From the NCBI GenBank assembly GCA_905178155.1, contig CAJINV010000004.1, forward strand, positions 1,240,881 to 1,304,880: DNA of 64,000 nucleotides. The letters are read 5' to 3'. Of this stretch, positions 11,529-25,315 are shown in pieces. This stretch comes from Amoebophrya sp. A120. Its lineage: Eukaryota > Protista > Dinoflagellata. The translations under genes were made by a program, and so were the position numbers. The notes below the pieces were generated by a model. The model ran no database searches. It saw nothing but the letters and a program-made list of their open reading frames with translations, and was not told where the DNA came from. Numbering within the stretch: position 1 is the first letter of the stretch; the number at the start of each line of letters is the position of its first letter.

Positions 11529-14500
11529 TCAGGCTTTGTTTTGCTTTTTCTTTTTCCCCCCCTTTTTGAGTTCTTTCCTTTTGCTAGTGAGCAAGACCGC
11601 TTTGTCTACTTTGTCCTTCTCCGTTTTCTCGATTCTCTGCAGCAGGCGCTGGTGCTTCTTCGGCATCATCGCTTTTCTCCTCGCCAAGTCCTCCGCGGCT
11701 TCCCGTTCAGCCTTTGTCAGCTTCTTCTCGACAGGAGGCGCTGTACTAGTTGTGCCTGCAGCTGCAGCTGCTTTCTCTGCTGCTCCTGGTCCTGCTGTGT
11801 CGTCTTCATTTTTCAACATCATCTCTGAGCTTGCTGCTTCCGGTTTATTTGACGCTGCATCTTCAGCCTCCTCGTTCTCCTCTGCGCTTGTTGAGCTGCC
11901 ATCGTCCTCCGCATCATCATCGTCCTCTGCCTCCTTCTGCCTCGCGAACTCACTGGCCCAGACGCCCTTGGCTTCGGCCTGCAGTTCCTTCAGAAATTGT
12001 GCTTCGTGGTCTATTTCCTCGTCGTTCTTGTCAGCTGCATTGACGTTCTTCTCCGCGCCTGCGAAGGATGAACTGCTCGAAGATCCACCGCTGAGCAGTT
12101 TGTTCAAGATTTCCCGTCTCTCCGGCACGTAACCCTCCTCCTTGTCGTCCACAAAGGGGGACAAATGCGGCGGGCAGATTTTGTCCGGCAGGTAGGGATC
12201 CACCGGGAGTTTCAGGTTTTCGTTGAAGGAGTCCAGCACCCACTGCGGCTGCACGTATTCCCGCCCGGGGATTTGGGTGAACTGACTGGAGGGCCGGTCA
12301 ATGATCTGGTGCGTGATCTTCTTGTCGTTCTCCTTGAAGGGAGAGGCTGGGAGAAGCGACCAGCCGACCTGTGGGATTGGATTTCGGTTTTTTTTCACAT
12401 AGTGCATTTATATCCAGCAAACAAAACCAAAACACCTTTAGCTTTACTTCTTTTTTCCGTTTTCATCACTCTGTCTGTCATCATGCAAAAAAATTCCTCC
12501 ATCATTTCACAAGTATAGATACCTCCGCCCCACCGGACTTGAGCACAAAGTAGATGGAGTGGAAGGGCACTTCCCTTTGGATAAAAACCCGCATGCCGGA
12601 AAAGACGCCTTTAGAACTACTTGGCTGCTTCAGCAGCTGTAGTTGCTGAACTTCTTCGGATATCAAATGTAAAAATGTCTGGGTCTGGAAGAGTGCATGT
12701 TTGTCATGCTTGTCTGGCATGAGTCTTGAATCTGTCATGCACGTTACCCAAGAGCTCCATTTTTCTGCGATGCAGAACCGCAGTTTGTCATGCAGAATAG
12801 GCAACACCTAGAGGCTCAGGAACTTGTCATGCTGAGCCAGCCTTTGTGGCCCCATCATGAGACGCCACCCAGCATCACAAGTTTCCAGACCCAGACACTT
12901 TTACATTTGATATCGGACACGGCTGCGAAATCCTGGATTGTCGCCGCCTCCACCTCGCGCTTCTCGTTCTGTCGCTGCTCTTCGGTCTGCTGAACCTAAT
13001 GTATCAATATTTTTGCCATGTTGCACTCGCACGCTTCTTGCGCTAGTACATTATCTAGAAGTAAGAACTAGCATTCTTGTACAGGAGCAGTCTACCCCGC
13101 ACGTGTCAGTCGTTACTTATCTTCCTACAGGTGCAAAGATGTTGAAAATGGTTATTTTCTCTCATTAGTAGTGTGTGCAACTACAGGCTTCTTGTACTTC
13201 AATAGTAAATACCTTCTTCGAGTCCGCATTTTTGACGTAGAATTTCGCCATGTCTGCGGCATCCCGTTTGTAGTTGAATTTTGGTGGGTACTCAAATTTC
13301 GCCTCCGCGAAATATCAACTATAAAAATGTCTGGGTCTGGAATTGTCATGCTGATTTTGGATTCTAAAAAAATCTGTATTGCATGAGCAGGAAAGAGAGT
13401 CCAAGTTTCGCTACACGGAAAGAGCATTTGTCATGCGGTATAGGCATCAGGAAGCCCTCACAAAATCTGTGATGCTAGGGCATGCATCACAGGCATCAGG
13501 AGTCATGCAAAATGTGCATGACAACCCTGGCAATCTTCCAGACCCAGACATTTTTACATTTGATACGAAAAGCTTGAAGTTGATAAACTTCAGCATGGTG
13601 CGGTAGAATTCGTTGAAGGTGCCCATCACCTGTTTTTTGAATTTGAATAATTTTCCGGGTCTTTTCATCAAGATTTTTCTTGTCTTGTCGACTTCCCAGT
13701 CGTGCAAGATATAAATATTTATTTTTCCAAATGCGAACAACAGACCTGATGAACAGCACTCATTTTCTTGTCATGCTGCAAATGAGGCAAAGTAAGGAGA
13801 TGATTCCGATCATTTTTACTGCCACGAGCACAAACAGCAGAAAAACGAAGCAATTTATCATATCGTAAGTACCCGAAAGTCCACCTCGGCCGGCAGTTCC
13901 TGGGTGTACTTGTGCGGCACGAGCCAGGTGACGGTTTCCCCCTGGATGTCTGCTTGGAAGTAGTAGCCCTTGATGCTCGCAAAGCACTTCTTCAAAGACT
14001 TTGTCTGGATCACGTACAGGAAAAATTCGTGCACCAGCCTGGCACTCTCCTGCACCACGTCGCCACGGATTTCATTTTTCTGGTCGGTTGGCAGGCAGTC
14101 GTAGAGCGCGACCATGGAAAGCGAATCATCCAAATCCCGGATCGCGTCGCTGAAAGTCGGGTAGCGCTCGCGGACCTGTGGTATGGTGATGTTCGAAATT
14201 CTTGTCTTGATGTGTAATGCAGCATCACAAAGTACGTCGTTGGTTCCTCAACACACTACATCAGTATGCAATGCGAGTCGTGGTCTTCTTGCTCCTGCTC
14301 GATTCCATGACACATCGAAATCCCGTGCTGCAACCAAGGGAAATCGAAATGAAAATAAGTAAGTAAGCCCAAAATAAACCTTCGAGAATGAAAAAAATAC
14401 CAGATGATGCAGCGTGTATTCCGGTTTGTTTTCCTGCACCCGTTTCGCGGTGTTCTTATCCCCCCTCCCCAAACATTTTTTGTACTTCTTCATGTAGGTT

Positions 14501-14817
14501 TTCAGCTCGAAGAATTTCATCAACAGCGGCTCGTGCTGCAGAAACCGGATGTCTTTCACATGGTAGTAGGTTTTGTCGTTCCCCTGCGGCTTCTTCTTCG
14601 GATCGCGGGGGTAAATCCCCTTCAAAATGCACAGCCGCCGAAAGTCGACGAGGGAAAGCTGCAGCTTTTTCAAACTCTGCGCCCGGGTGAGGTACTGCGC
14701 GGCGATGCCCTTGGCACCGGCTTTGATCCCGTGAATCGCATCCTTCTTCGGGCCCTTGTTGTTCTTCTTCTTCGGCCCCTTGTCGTGCTTCGACCCGTGC
14801 TTGCGGAACTTACCCAT
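11529..14817 (-). CDS. PES1: Pescadillo homolog (Nop7), 60S biogenesis, BRCT domain
   Basis: [71 protein letters not shown] introns 14176-14400, 13630-13872, 12996-13212, 12369-12522; introners 13313-13565 and 12661-12912. Confidence 0.96.
12661..12912. mobile_element. TIR introner family A (252 bp)
   Basis: Repeat TCGGA; restores AVSEEVQQ. Confidence 0.92.
13313..13565. mobile_element. TIR introner family A (253 bp)
   Basis: Repeat CGAAA; restores [14 protein letters not shown]. Confidence 0.93.
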
Positions 14818-15847
14818 GTTGATCCTGGTCGTTTTCTATGGGAAGAAATAAGGATTTGGAAAGATTTAACGTACGAGTCTGTGGAAAAGCGGCGTGCAGG
14901 TCGCTTACTACTACAACTTGTATTGGTGAAATACCAGGCCTGGTCTCTTACTCTTCCTCTAATACAACCCTGAAAGTAATAAAATCTATCTTCTAGGTCG
15001 AAGCTCGTAGTCGTACTGACAAATGTGCAATTCACGAGCGACTAGTATACATAGTTGTACAACCAATGTTCTTTCTGCACATCAGCCTGTGGTGTAGATA
15101 AGGAAGGGTCTCATGATAATGTGCGTGCCTAAGAAGTGCGGCACAGGAATGGTGGATCCTCCAGCCTAGCATCATCATCTACGCCTCCTTTTGTAGATCC
15201 GTACAGGCATGATCATCAGAGATCATCTCAATCTTGGATTTCGGTCTTGCCTGCTGATTTACGAGCACGATAACGATCTGATCTGCGTCACATAGTTGCA
15301 TGCGAACGAAGATCTGTGCGGAAGGGGAAGCGAGTCGACGCGATTTGTGATCGTTTATAGGCTGCTCACGAAGATCTTCATTTTGTTTCGCGTCACGGCT
15401 CAATGTCATTTGCAGGCCTGCATCCAAGGATAGAAAATCTGCACCTACAGCAAAAGGCACGCTTGCAACCGATAAAATTTTTGCAATGACATTCTAAACG
15501 CACCTATTTTTATATGTGACGGTGACCGTCAATTTTTTTGCATGATCTTCAGCTGCCCTAAAGCAGCGAACAAGCTTCTCACAGGCCAACAGAAAGCTGA
15601 AACCAATCTGCCTGTTTTTGAAACAGCCCCTTCAGCTATTATCGTAGTACTGCAAGGATCGCGTCGAATAATGTATTTTTGCAAGAGGTGAATAATTTCC
15701 GTCATCTACCTATAGAAAAACGGCAAGCGTTGTCGTCGCAGAAGCATTGTACATGGTGCAGGGACATACTTAAACACAACAACCAAGGCGTGGCGATAAA
15801 CTTGACACAGAACATCATCAAGTGAAGAATTTCAATCCCTTTCACTT

Positions 15848-18800
15848 CTATTCCAGCCTCAATTTTTCTCTCTTTTTCTGTTCCGCCTGCCCCGCTTTCA
15901 CGTGCTTCATCTTCCGGTTGTTCCTCGTGTGCGCGTCCCGCAAAGCCTGGATCTTCGCTTCCTTCGACGCCTTTTCCGCCCACTTCTGCTTCTTGTGGTC
16001 CTTGTTCTTCTTCACCTTGTCCTTCCGCACCACGTTTAACCGATCCAGTAACGACCGTTGCTTCCGCTCCTCGTCCGTCCGTATCACCGCCGTGACCGCC
16101 TTGTTGATCTTGCGCGACTCGGTGCCGGGCTTCGGCATGGATTTCTTGCTTTCGTTCTTCGGCACGGTTTTGAACGGTAGGTTCGCTTCGACGGACTTCG
16201 GGAGCTGGAGCTTGCTGAACTTCCGCCGCTGCCGGAGTAATTGCTTCCCGTACAGGCTGTCCTTCTTGTGCTGGATTTGCAGATTCTGCTCGAACCGCAG
16301 TTCGCCCGCGGACTTCATGCGCCGCCAGTCCTCGATGTCCAGCATCGGGTTGTAAAACTGCTTCGGCTCGACCTGATAGGATTTATAATTTGGAATGCAA
16401 GTGTTGCATTACAAATCTTGTTCCCAAGGCAAATCTGCATTACAAATCTTGTTTCTCATGCTGAGGAAATTTGGAATGCATTTATACGAGTACGATACTT
16501 TTGCAATTCAGAAGTCGTGTGGAAGATTCTTTTGAATCCTGCCACCTGGGACAAGTACATCATTCGTATCTATACAACTTGAGAATGAACCCAATACCGA
16601 GATCGCTGCTTGACATGCAAGGGACGATGGAGCAACGGAATAAATTAACAAATTGCGAATAGGAATAAAGTGCTGATGATATCTCTAAAAGCATGATTGA
16701 TAGTTGTACCTGCACCCAACTTTTGAGCAGGACCAAATCGCTCATGAGTAATCTGTCTTCGAACGTCGCCCGAAAATGTCCCTCCGTGCCTTCCGCCTTC
16801 TTGATCTCACCGCGGATCCCGGACACGGTTTGCAATTTTGCGTGTAATGCCTTGTTGCACTCCAAGTCTGAGTTGAACATATTTTTCACGAAGCACGTGT
16901 TTTTGAAAATCTTGTAGGGCTCGCCAGTCAATTTTAGCTTCTTCACGACTTGGAACCCCGTGTTCGACTCCAAAACGAGCCCAGTGGCTGACACGCGGTA
17001 GTTCGCGATGTTCTTCATGTTTTTCACGACAATGCAGCCCGTTTTCGGCGGCACCACCGGTCCGTAAAACGTCATGTGGCAGTGCATGTGCTCGGGGGTG
17101 TATTTTAGGAACTTCATGCGTTTCTCGTTCCGGTCTTCCAAGGAATACATCGGGAGCGTTTGAAACCGTCGCCACCCAATGGAGCAGAACACCGGATCGT
17201 TGGACTTCATCACCCGCGGCGCCCACCGGTGGTTCTTGATGCGCAACTGCATCACCCCCATCTTCAGTTCCCCCGGCAGGAGGCCGCCGACCACGATGGG
17301 TTTGTCGAGTGATAACGCTTCAACGGAGAGCTCGGGGACATTTTCCAATACAATTCGCACGTACGCGCCAATCGGGATGGCATCCTGGTGCTCTAGCATG
17401 TCGTTCGGGTTCAGTTTCTTCACGAGATTCCGTCGGCCAAATTCGTCCTGGTGCTCGGTGGAATTCGCTTTGGTGGACGAGGAGTTTGTTGTTCCAAGCC
17501 CGTTTTCTTCGTTTTCCTGCTTTTTCCGCATGATCCTATCCTTGCGTTCGCGGATCTCCTCGGCGGAGAGCTTGGAATAATCGACGTTGTCGTCGTCTAA
17601 GTTATGCATTGCAAATATGTCTGGGTCTGGACGAATGCACCCTTGTGATGCGCATTTCACAACACATAAAAATCTCTCATGCATAGGCAGCAAAAGCTGC
17701 CCGCTTTCTGTCACCAAAGTCGAGCATTTGTGACGCAGGTTCGGCATTGCGGAAGCTTCTCGAAGCCTGTGATGCTAGAGCTTCCATGCCAGACCTTCTG
17801 TGTCATGCAAAAGCAGCATGACTCTTCCAGACCCAGACACTTTTGCATTTGATATAAGTCGTCATCATTCAAATCCATGTCCACATCGCTATCGTTGTCT
17901 CCTTCGCCGGGTGCTCCTCCGTTTTTTCTCCTTATCCCGCCGTCAGCGTTCCAGTCGCCGGTGACAAACTTCGATTTTTTCAGCTCGGCACGAAGCTCCT
18001 CGTCGAAGAGCCAGCGCGCGTCTAAGGGCAAGGATTTCAACCGCCAGGAATCCAAGCCGTCGTCGACGATTTTACTAGAACTTGCATTTACCTTTACACC
18101 GTCACGACCTTTCGCGGAGCAGAGCATCAGTTCATCATTCTCATCTCCGTCCTCATCCGAGTCATCGGCGAAGAGGCTCAATTTCTTCGGCTTGCTTGGA
18201 TCCTCGTCCTGTTGGTCGGAAGCGGTAGATTTCGATTTGCTTTTGCTTTTAACAGATCCAGCTGAAGATGATGATGTCGCCAGAAAGGCAGCGTCTTGGA
18301 AATCGACGGTCCGCTTCGGACCATTTCCATTGGAAGAGGAACTGCTCCCGCCAGCCTGCAGGTTGCGCGCGTGTTGGGACCGGTACTGCTTCCCGTACAC
18401 GAGCTCCTCGAGCGGGATATCCTTCGCGAATCTTTGCTTGGCTTCCGCGAAAAACTGCTTTTTTGAGTTGTCGCGGGCGGTCTCCTCTTCACTGTCGTTT
18501 TCGTCCGCAGAAGATTCGGCGTCATTTTTGTCGGAATCGTCTTCTTCCTCCGAGCCCTCCTCTTCCTCGCCCGACGAGGTGCCATATTCTTGTTCCGAGT
18601 CGGAGTTTGTTCCAGATTTTATCTTCCACTCGTCTTTACCGTTTCCCTCCGCATCCCCCCCCTCGACAAAATCCGGGGCGACGCGGCGCCTCAAGCCGTT
18701 TGTGCTTTCTTTGTCTTTCCCCCCAGCAGCACTCTCGTTCGCCAACACTTTCCTCGCTTTGTCCGTGAGCCTCAGCTTGCTTCCGCTACCGACGTCATTC

Positions 18801-20420
18801 AATGCGCCCACTTTCTGCTGCAGTTCGCGCACGAGCTGCACGGCTTCCGGTAAGTGGCTGGCCTTTTTGCCTTCCAATTCCTCGTCCGAATTTTGATCCT
18901 CATCCTCCGACTCGTCGTCCCGCTTGGTGAACCCCTTTTTGTGCTTCGGTAGATTTATGTACACCGCGTCCTTGTCCATCAACACGTTCCCGATGTCGCA
19001 CCCGGGCGCGTAAATCGCCTTGTGCTTCTCTTGCAAGGTGCGCAAATTGTTCACCTTCTTCTTCTCGAGCCGACCCGTCGCTTTATTCCGTTTTGGATCA
19101 TTCAACGACAACAATTCCGCGTTCGGCTTGCCCTCCGCGACTTCCATCGCCAGCGGACTCGGGCAGGGATCCGTGTACTTCTCGATCGACGCGATCGGGA
19201 AGTCCCCGACCCCGCAAACGTGTACAAACTGCCCCGCGCGCATGCGGGCGCCGTAGCAGTAGCCGTAGAGATGGAGCTTGCGGAAAGGAGATGTAGTTTT
19301 TGTTATTGATGTTTTACTAGTCGTGGATAATATTTTTAAAGCCTGTTGATCTTCTGATGCTCTTCTATCCTCCAGAAATAAATTTTTATCCACCGCTTCC
19401 GTCTGGTCCTCGAACCGCAATGCCACCAAGTACGGGTGCGCCTGGCGCCAGGACAGCAGCGGCACCTTCTGGACCGCGATAAACCTCGCCAGGTTCGTCA
19501 CCTCCGTTTTCAAATACCGGACCCCATACTGCAGGCCGGAGAAGTAGAACAGCTTCGCGCCGTCGTAGATCTCCGCCCAGAACCGGGCCTTGAACTCCTT
19601 CTTCTTCTTCCGGATCATTTTCGTCTCCGGAAATTTGTCCAGGTGGGTCAAAACCCCCATGACCTTCGGGAACCCCGCGTTTTGCAGTAAGTTGATCCAC
19701 TCAAAGGTTTCCATTTCGAACCCCACGGACGCGTCGATCAGGCAGAGTGCCAAATCCGCGATTTTCGCCAGGTCCATCATGCTCGCAATGTCATTGGGCG
19801 CCTCGTAAATGGTCAGCCGGCGGTGCTTGCTGGTGACCACGGTGATCGGGCCGTTCACCTCGCTGATGTTCTGCTTGGTGTAGTGCTTCACCAGCGAACG
19901 GATCAGGGTGGACTTACCGGAACCGCGGGGACCTGGTGGATACGGTTACGGATAGAAGTAGAACATCATGTACGTACAAAATAAAGTTTAGTCTGCTCCG
20001 TGGGATAGCCATGCTATCCTGTACAGTGCTGCTTGTGCTCACCATTACATCATGCGAAAATACGGCAGTGCCATCAATATCTCGACGACCTGCCCTCGTC
20101 TCCTGAGCCATCAAATAAAACGTACCTACAGAAGAAACTACAGCAAAGCATCCAAATTCTATACCTTGCACCACCACCACATACGGCGGGGCGATGTCCG
20201 GTGTTTTATCCAGAATCGGCGCGTGGGTTTTCCGGGCATTCTGGTCCGCGGACTGTTGCACTTTTCGCTGCACCGACTTCTTCCCCCCACTAAAGGTAAA
20301 TGCCTTGCGGTTATGTCGCTCTTTCCCATCCTTCTCCTGCTTCTTTTTCACCTTCTTGCCGCTCTTCTTGCCGCGGAAGGCGGACTTCTTCTCGGCGCCG
20401 CCGCCGGCGGAGGAGTCCAT
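15848..20420 (-). CDS. BMS1: Ribosome biogenesis GTPase BMS1
   Basis: PPYVVVVQGPRGSGKSTLIRSLVKHY, GFEMETFE, SIGWRRFQT, KYTPEHMHC, TVSGIRGEIKKA. GT-AG introns 19933-20164 and 16373-16709; introner 17603-17854. Confidence 0.96.
17603..17854. mobile_element. TIR introner family A (252 bp)
   Basis: Repeat TAAGT; joins ORFs 17711-19891 and 16560-17747 as DDLDDDNVDY. Confidence 0.93.
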
Positions 20421-21299
20421 GGTGGCGGAAAATGATCAAATGAAGTAGAAGCAGGTTGTTCTTTAGTCGCACAATTCTTCACTTCCAAGAAATAAAATCA
20501 CTTGCGACAAGACAGAAAAAACTACTTTGCTGAGCACGACATACTTATAGATCGGGGTCGAAGTCGCACAAGAATGAGGTAATAAGCTGGTGATGCAACC
20601 TCCACTGCTTCGGCTATCGAAATGAAAAATCACAAGGAATCGTCTCCACCATTCCGCCTTTCTGCTTCTCGGTTAAACTCAAATTCACACGGCATTCTTT
20701 CTGCGACCATGATATTCCTGGTGAGCTTTTGGATGAAAGCGAATAAAAACAAATCAACCTTTAGAAGAAGCATAAGCATTTGATGAATTTCATCTCAGGT
20801 CGATCTCAACAAAGATCTACAGCAACATGAACATGGGCGCGTCGATTTCCTGAACGATTTTTAAAGAACATTTGCAAAAGCGGATCACCATTCTATCACG
20901 AACTACACTCTGATCATGGACACAACACACTTTTCGATTTCTGATTATGAGCCAGCATGACCTTTTTCTCGTCGAAAATGCAAAGTCGATCCTTTGTTTT
21001 GTTCCTCCACTGCTGATTTCAATCAAAATCAAGAAAGATCGCCACAGGAGCAAAAGCTCGAGAACGAGATTCTCAAAAATCACGACCACCTCCATTTTTT
21101 TGCAGAGCAATTACATTGCATTGATCACGAGTCACGTATTGATTTCGGCAACGCGGTTACACCGAGAATATCTCTCCTTACGGCATCAAAGTGGATGAGT
21201 TTGAAGAAAGCAAATGCCAGTACAGCTTCTCATCATGTTATTTCTTGTTACAACTAGCTTCGCATGCGGTTTCAATTTTAGTCCGACAGCATCACCACA

Positions 21300-23468
21300 A
21301 CGACAAGTCCACTGTACTTAAAAGAGACACAGGCTTCTTCGAGACGAGGAAGTCCAAAGCCGCAGATACTACGTGTACGTACGAATGCAGTCTTGAGTCC
21401 AACGAGGAACGAATCATTTTTACGGAAATTTCTCCCTGGCGAGAAAACTTCTACTTCAAGCCAGTATGATGAGAGGAACAGTCACCAGCCTTACAGACCG
21501 ACGGCGGGGCATTGTAGTTGTAGCGCGTCGACTTCGGAAAGATCTACATACAATGTCGATGATGTATCAACTATCAAAATCCACTCCACTCCGTTTTTTA
21601 CTCGACCACACTTTCCGATACCTTCAGACGAGTAAAACTAATTTTCTTCAACGCAGTCATTGTTTCTTCCCGATCCCGACAGGCATTTCCAACATCGCTA
21701 TCACCGTGCTGGTATTGCACACAATCAGCCAATTTCGCGACCTGGTATCGCCCGATTATTCGCATTGGGTGGACGCCACGGTTCGTCCGGATGTCTTACC
21801 GTTGTAAGCCCCCGCAGAGTTTTCTCGCCGTACCACTTGTCGTGCTCTTCCTCTTGTGCTCGCTTCGCGTCCCACTGCGCCCCTGTCATTCCATCACGCA
21901 TGGCTGTTGGAGTCCCGCTCTCACCGGCGTTGTCACGTCCTTCATACGGCGAGTTAAACGCCGCCCCCGGCAGTCGTAGGCCAGGCGCGGAATTGGCGGA
22001 GGCGCTGCTAGGCGAACCGGAGCCGCTATGTGTGGTATCTGGCGCGAGCGATAAAATATGTTTAGAACCATCTCTAGGATTTCGCTTTCGTTACGTTCTC
22101 CATCATACTTGCGCAACACTTTGTCTTTGCATGCGGATGCGCAACTACATCGCTTTGCATAAAATAATTCAGTACCTGACGATCCAGTTCCACCTGCGGC
22201 CACGACATCGTGGAATGACGGGTCCGACTTCGCATGGTGATCATCATCTTGTCCGCCTAGCAGTGAAAGTTCTTCCACACGTGTGGTGCGGGAACGCCCA
22301 GGCAAAAATCTCGCCATCTGGCTTCTTGCTCGCGCCCATAGACCATTTCCTCCATCCGCCTTAGCCAGATAACTGTCACCTCGCTCGGGACCGGCGTCCT
22401 CGTCTATTGTGAGGAAAAATCCCCTTTCCGCATATCAGAATGGAAATTTGTGATCCTGGTCTGTGGTCACATTTCGCCTTTTTCTCGCCTATTGGATAAT
22501 GGGAGCAATATGGCGCATTCCAAAGCCAGTCTGTCACGCGCTTTTGACTACTGCAAACCTGTTTGCCAACATACCTAAGCACTAGCCTTCTGCATACCCA
22601 AACAGGCGTAAAGAATGCCGCCAAGCACTTTCCGCAAGACAGATCTGATTTGTCTACGGAACTCCAGCCTCAGAAACTTCGTCTTGATATGAGGAGGAGA
22701 GATTTTTCCTCACAATATCGTCTCGCTGTTGTACCTCGGCTGCTTCGACGTCGAGTTCCTGGTGCGATATCCCAGAAGACAAACCCTACCCGCCCCGCAA
22801 TCACGATATTTGTTCTCGTCATGCATCAACCATAGTCTTGATCTTGATGAAATACTTATAGTACTTCTAGAATCACCGTAGAAAAAAACGCAGAGTTGTT
22901 GAGACACGAGGCTTGCCTTTTTGATTGGGATATCGACATCACCATCTTGCTCTTCCGCGTTCTCGTGCTGCTTCGCGACGCCCGCGCTCGTCTTTTCATC
23001 CAACTGCTCCCCGTCGGCAGTGACAACCCGGCGGCGAGAAACTTCTTCCTCTTCGTCGCCCTTCGGTCCGGCTTCTGTATTGCGATTTTTGTTTTTCTTT
23101 TCTTATTTCGTGAACTAAATAAAAGTAGGTGGCGCATGAGGACAGCAGAAAAAGGAGAAGAACTCATTTTCATTTTCTCACTTCATCAACTTCTACGATT
23201 TCTTGTAAGTACCTGGTTTGTCTCCAGCAAAATAGAACTTCCGCGGTCTCAGATCCAGTTGGAGAAACTCCTCGCTGAGGCCCACCGGGGCGGCAGAGTC
23301 TGCGTCTTCCTTGTTTATTCCGTTCTGCAATTGCGGCTGCTGCTGCTGTTCTTGCTGCCCAACCGCTAACTGCTCCTCCGCGAAGACGGAAAAATTCAGG
23401 GAGACGAAGAACGCAACGACTACCCGGAGCTGCAGCCTGTTCTTGACGCAGAAGAATGGCGTTGACAT
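21300..23468 (-). CDS. Hypothetical multi-exon protein with N-terminal signal/anchor (3' end approximate)
   Basis: ATG at 23468 (MSTPFF...VVVAFFVSLNFSVFA); low-complexity acidic exons; frame EVQQRDEDAGPERG restored across introner 22405-22717. Downstream exons not resolved. Confidence 0.45.
22405..22717. mobile_element. TIR introner family E (313 bp)
   Basis: TATTGTGAGGAAAAATC...GATTTTTCCTCACAATA; repeat TCGTC. Confidence 0.88.
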
Positions 23469-25315
23469 CGTGAGTAGTTGGGTATCCGCTGATCGGCGCC
23501 GACGATGGACAAAAGCGATGTTGTTTTGTTCGTTGACGTTGTTTTTTAATGAATACGATTTGTTGATAATTTTATCCCCTGGAGCGCTACGAAGACCTCC
23601 CCGACACACAAGTCAGTGTTCCGTGGCGTTCCTGCGGTCCCACGTAGCGCTCGGAAAGAGGGGAGAGGACAAGGTTTTTTTCCTCGCCTTTCCAGGATGT
23701 TTTGTGAGTTCTCTTCCAACAATTCTCGGGTTTTCCCAAAAATGCGGAATCCGTATCTCGGATTCCGAAAAAATAGACACTGCTAGAGTTGGGTTCATTA
23801 TCAAAACGAAAAATATTAAAAACGGCACATGCGGTGTGAATGACTGTTCAACTGTCCCCCGTACCTTAAAGTCACTTTCCTTTCAGGCAAGCTTTTCGAA
23901 AACGATCAACACTCACGAGGTTCCCGACGAATTGGAGACGATAATGTAGAGCGAGAAGGTACGAAGATTTTCCTGTGCGTTTTTCGTTTCCCTTCTCTAT
24001 CTCTTCCAACACCAACGGGAACGGTAACGAAAGTGCATTACTTTTGCTTGGATTATAGATACGTATACGAATTGCTACGATTTTTTGCAGATGTCGTGAA
24101 GTCGTCGACGGCAACAACTACGGTTGATTTTCGGATACTTAGACCGACACAAACTTTTTCGACGAGACGAGGCGAGAGGCAGACAGCGTGGGTATCCGCA
24201 ACTACAAATTTGAGTCGAACACCAATCAAATGTTCGTTTTTAACAGAAGTAGTCTGATTCCAGCAAAATGCGGAAATACAAATATCCCTGTCACATACTT
24301 GCTTTTTTGTAGCGAAATTCCATGGAGTAGCGACACAAAGCCGCTGCTGAGAAGTTTCAGTGTTCATATCATTTCAACTACAACAATTATCCGGTAGAAA
24401 ACAAAATTCCAATAGTCCAATACTGTGCATATTGTAAAAAAGCTCACTATTTCCGTTCTTTCACCGTATTCACGACATTCACCACTTCGTAGCTTGAAGC
24501 CGAACTCTGACGCCTTGTTTTCAGCACCTCTTCATCACGTTTGGTTTCCCCTTTAAATAAATGTCACTTAGTATAGATCGGCCTCAAATAGTTCCAAAAA
24601 CTGAAGTTCGCGAATAGAGAAAAATCCATCCTTTGCAACTTGAATCAATGATGTCAACCTTGTGGCAGAGTTCAAAAACAAATCCGGTAGTTTCACAATT
24701 CAAATTAAAAGTTTGCGTTTGCTGACCACGGTCCTAAAAGCCCAGCGCAAAAACCCGGGTCAGTAACTGTCTCAGCAGCTACCGACGGGCATCATGATTG
24801 ACCTTCGAGCCGCGTGCGACAGGCCTATAAATTCAAATAAAGATCGCTAGATTTATTCAGAGGTGGTATTATGTATTCTTCTTCTGTTCATCTTCTCCCT
24901 TCACTATTTTGTTTTTTTATTGCGTCGCTGCAAGGCATACATAATGTGCCAGTGGCAGGCACCGCCATGCGTTAAAAACATCTTCAAATCCATTGAACAT
25001 AAAGCCAGTTCTTGTTCCCAGTGTGATCCGTACTATAGCTACTCCTATTCCAATTTTTTCTGCATGTTGATTTTGCTACTATCCTAACCCGTCTCTCTCT
25101 CTTTCCGAACTCTACCCTCTACCCGTAGACCATTTGGTGCTGGGCCCCGGCGACCGAGACCACCATGCCCTGCTCCCCCGAAATCGCGCTCGTGCAGCCG
25201 CTGGGGTTATTTTTGCAAGTTTTTCACCATGTGAAACTCGTTTATCATTCCAATTGATTCGAACTTCACACAAATTTACTACACAACTTCTGCAAAAAGA
25301 ACTGCACGACCGCCT

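Noticed and set aside
19290-19390. AT-rich stretch inside BMS1 as a possible intron
   Set aside because: The frame stays open and no TIR or clear splice sites were found; treated as a coding insertion.
11529-20420. PES1 next to BMS1 as a ribosome-biogenesis operon
   Set aside because: Two adjacent genes among functionally unrelated neighbours is insufficient without synteny data.
25121-25140. CCGTAGACCATTTGG resembling the DinoSL
   Set aside because: Lacks the CTCAAG end, is single, is on the non-coding strand and has no downstream gene; plausibly chance.
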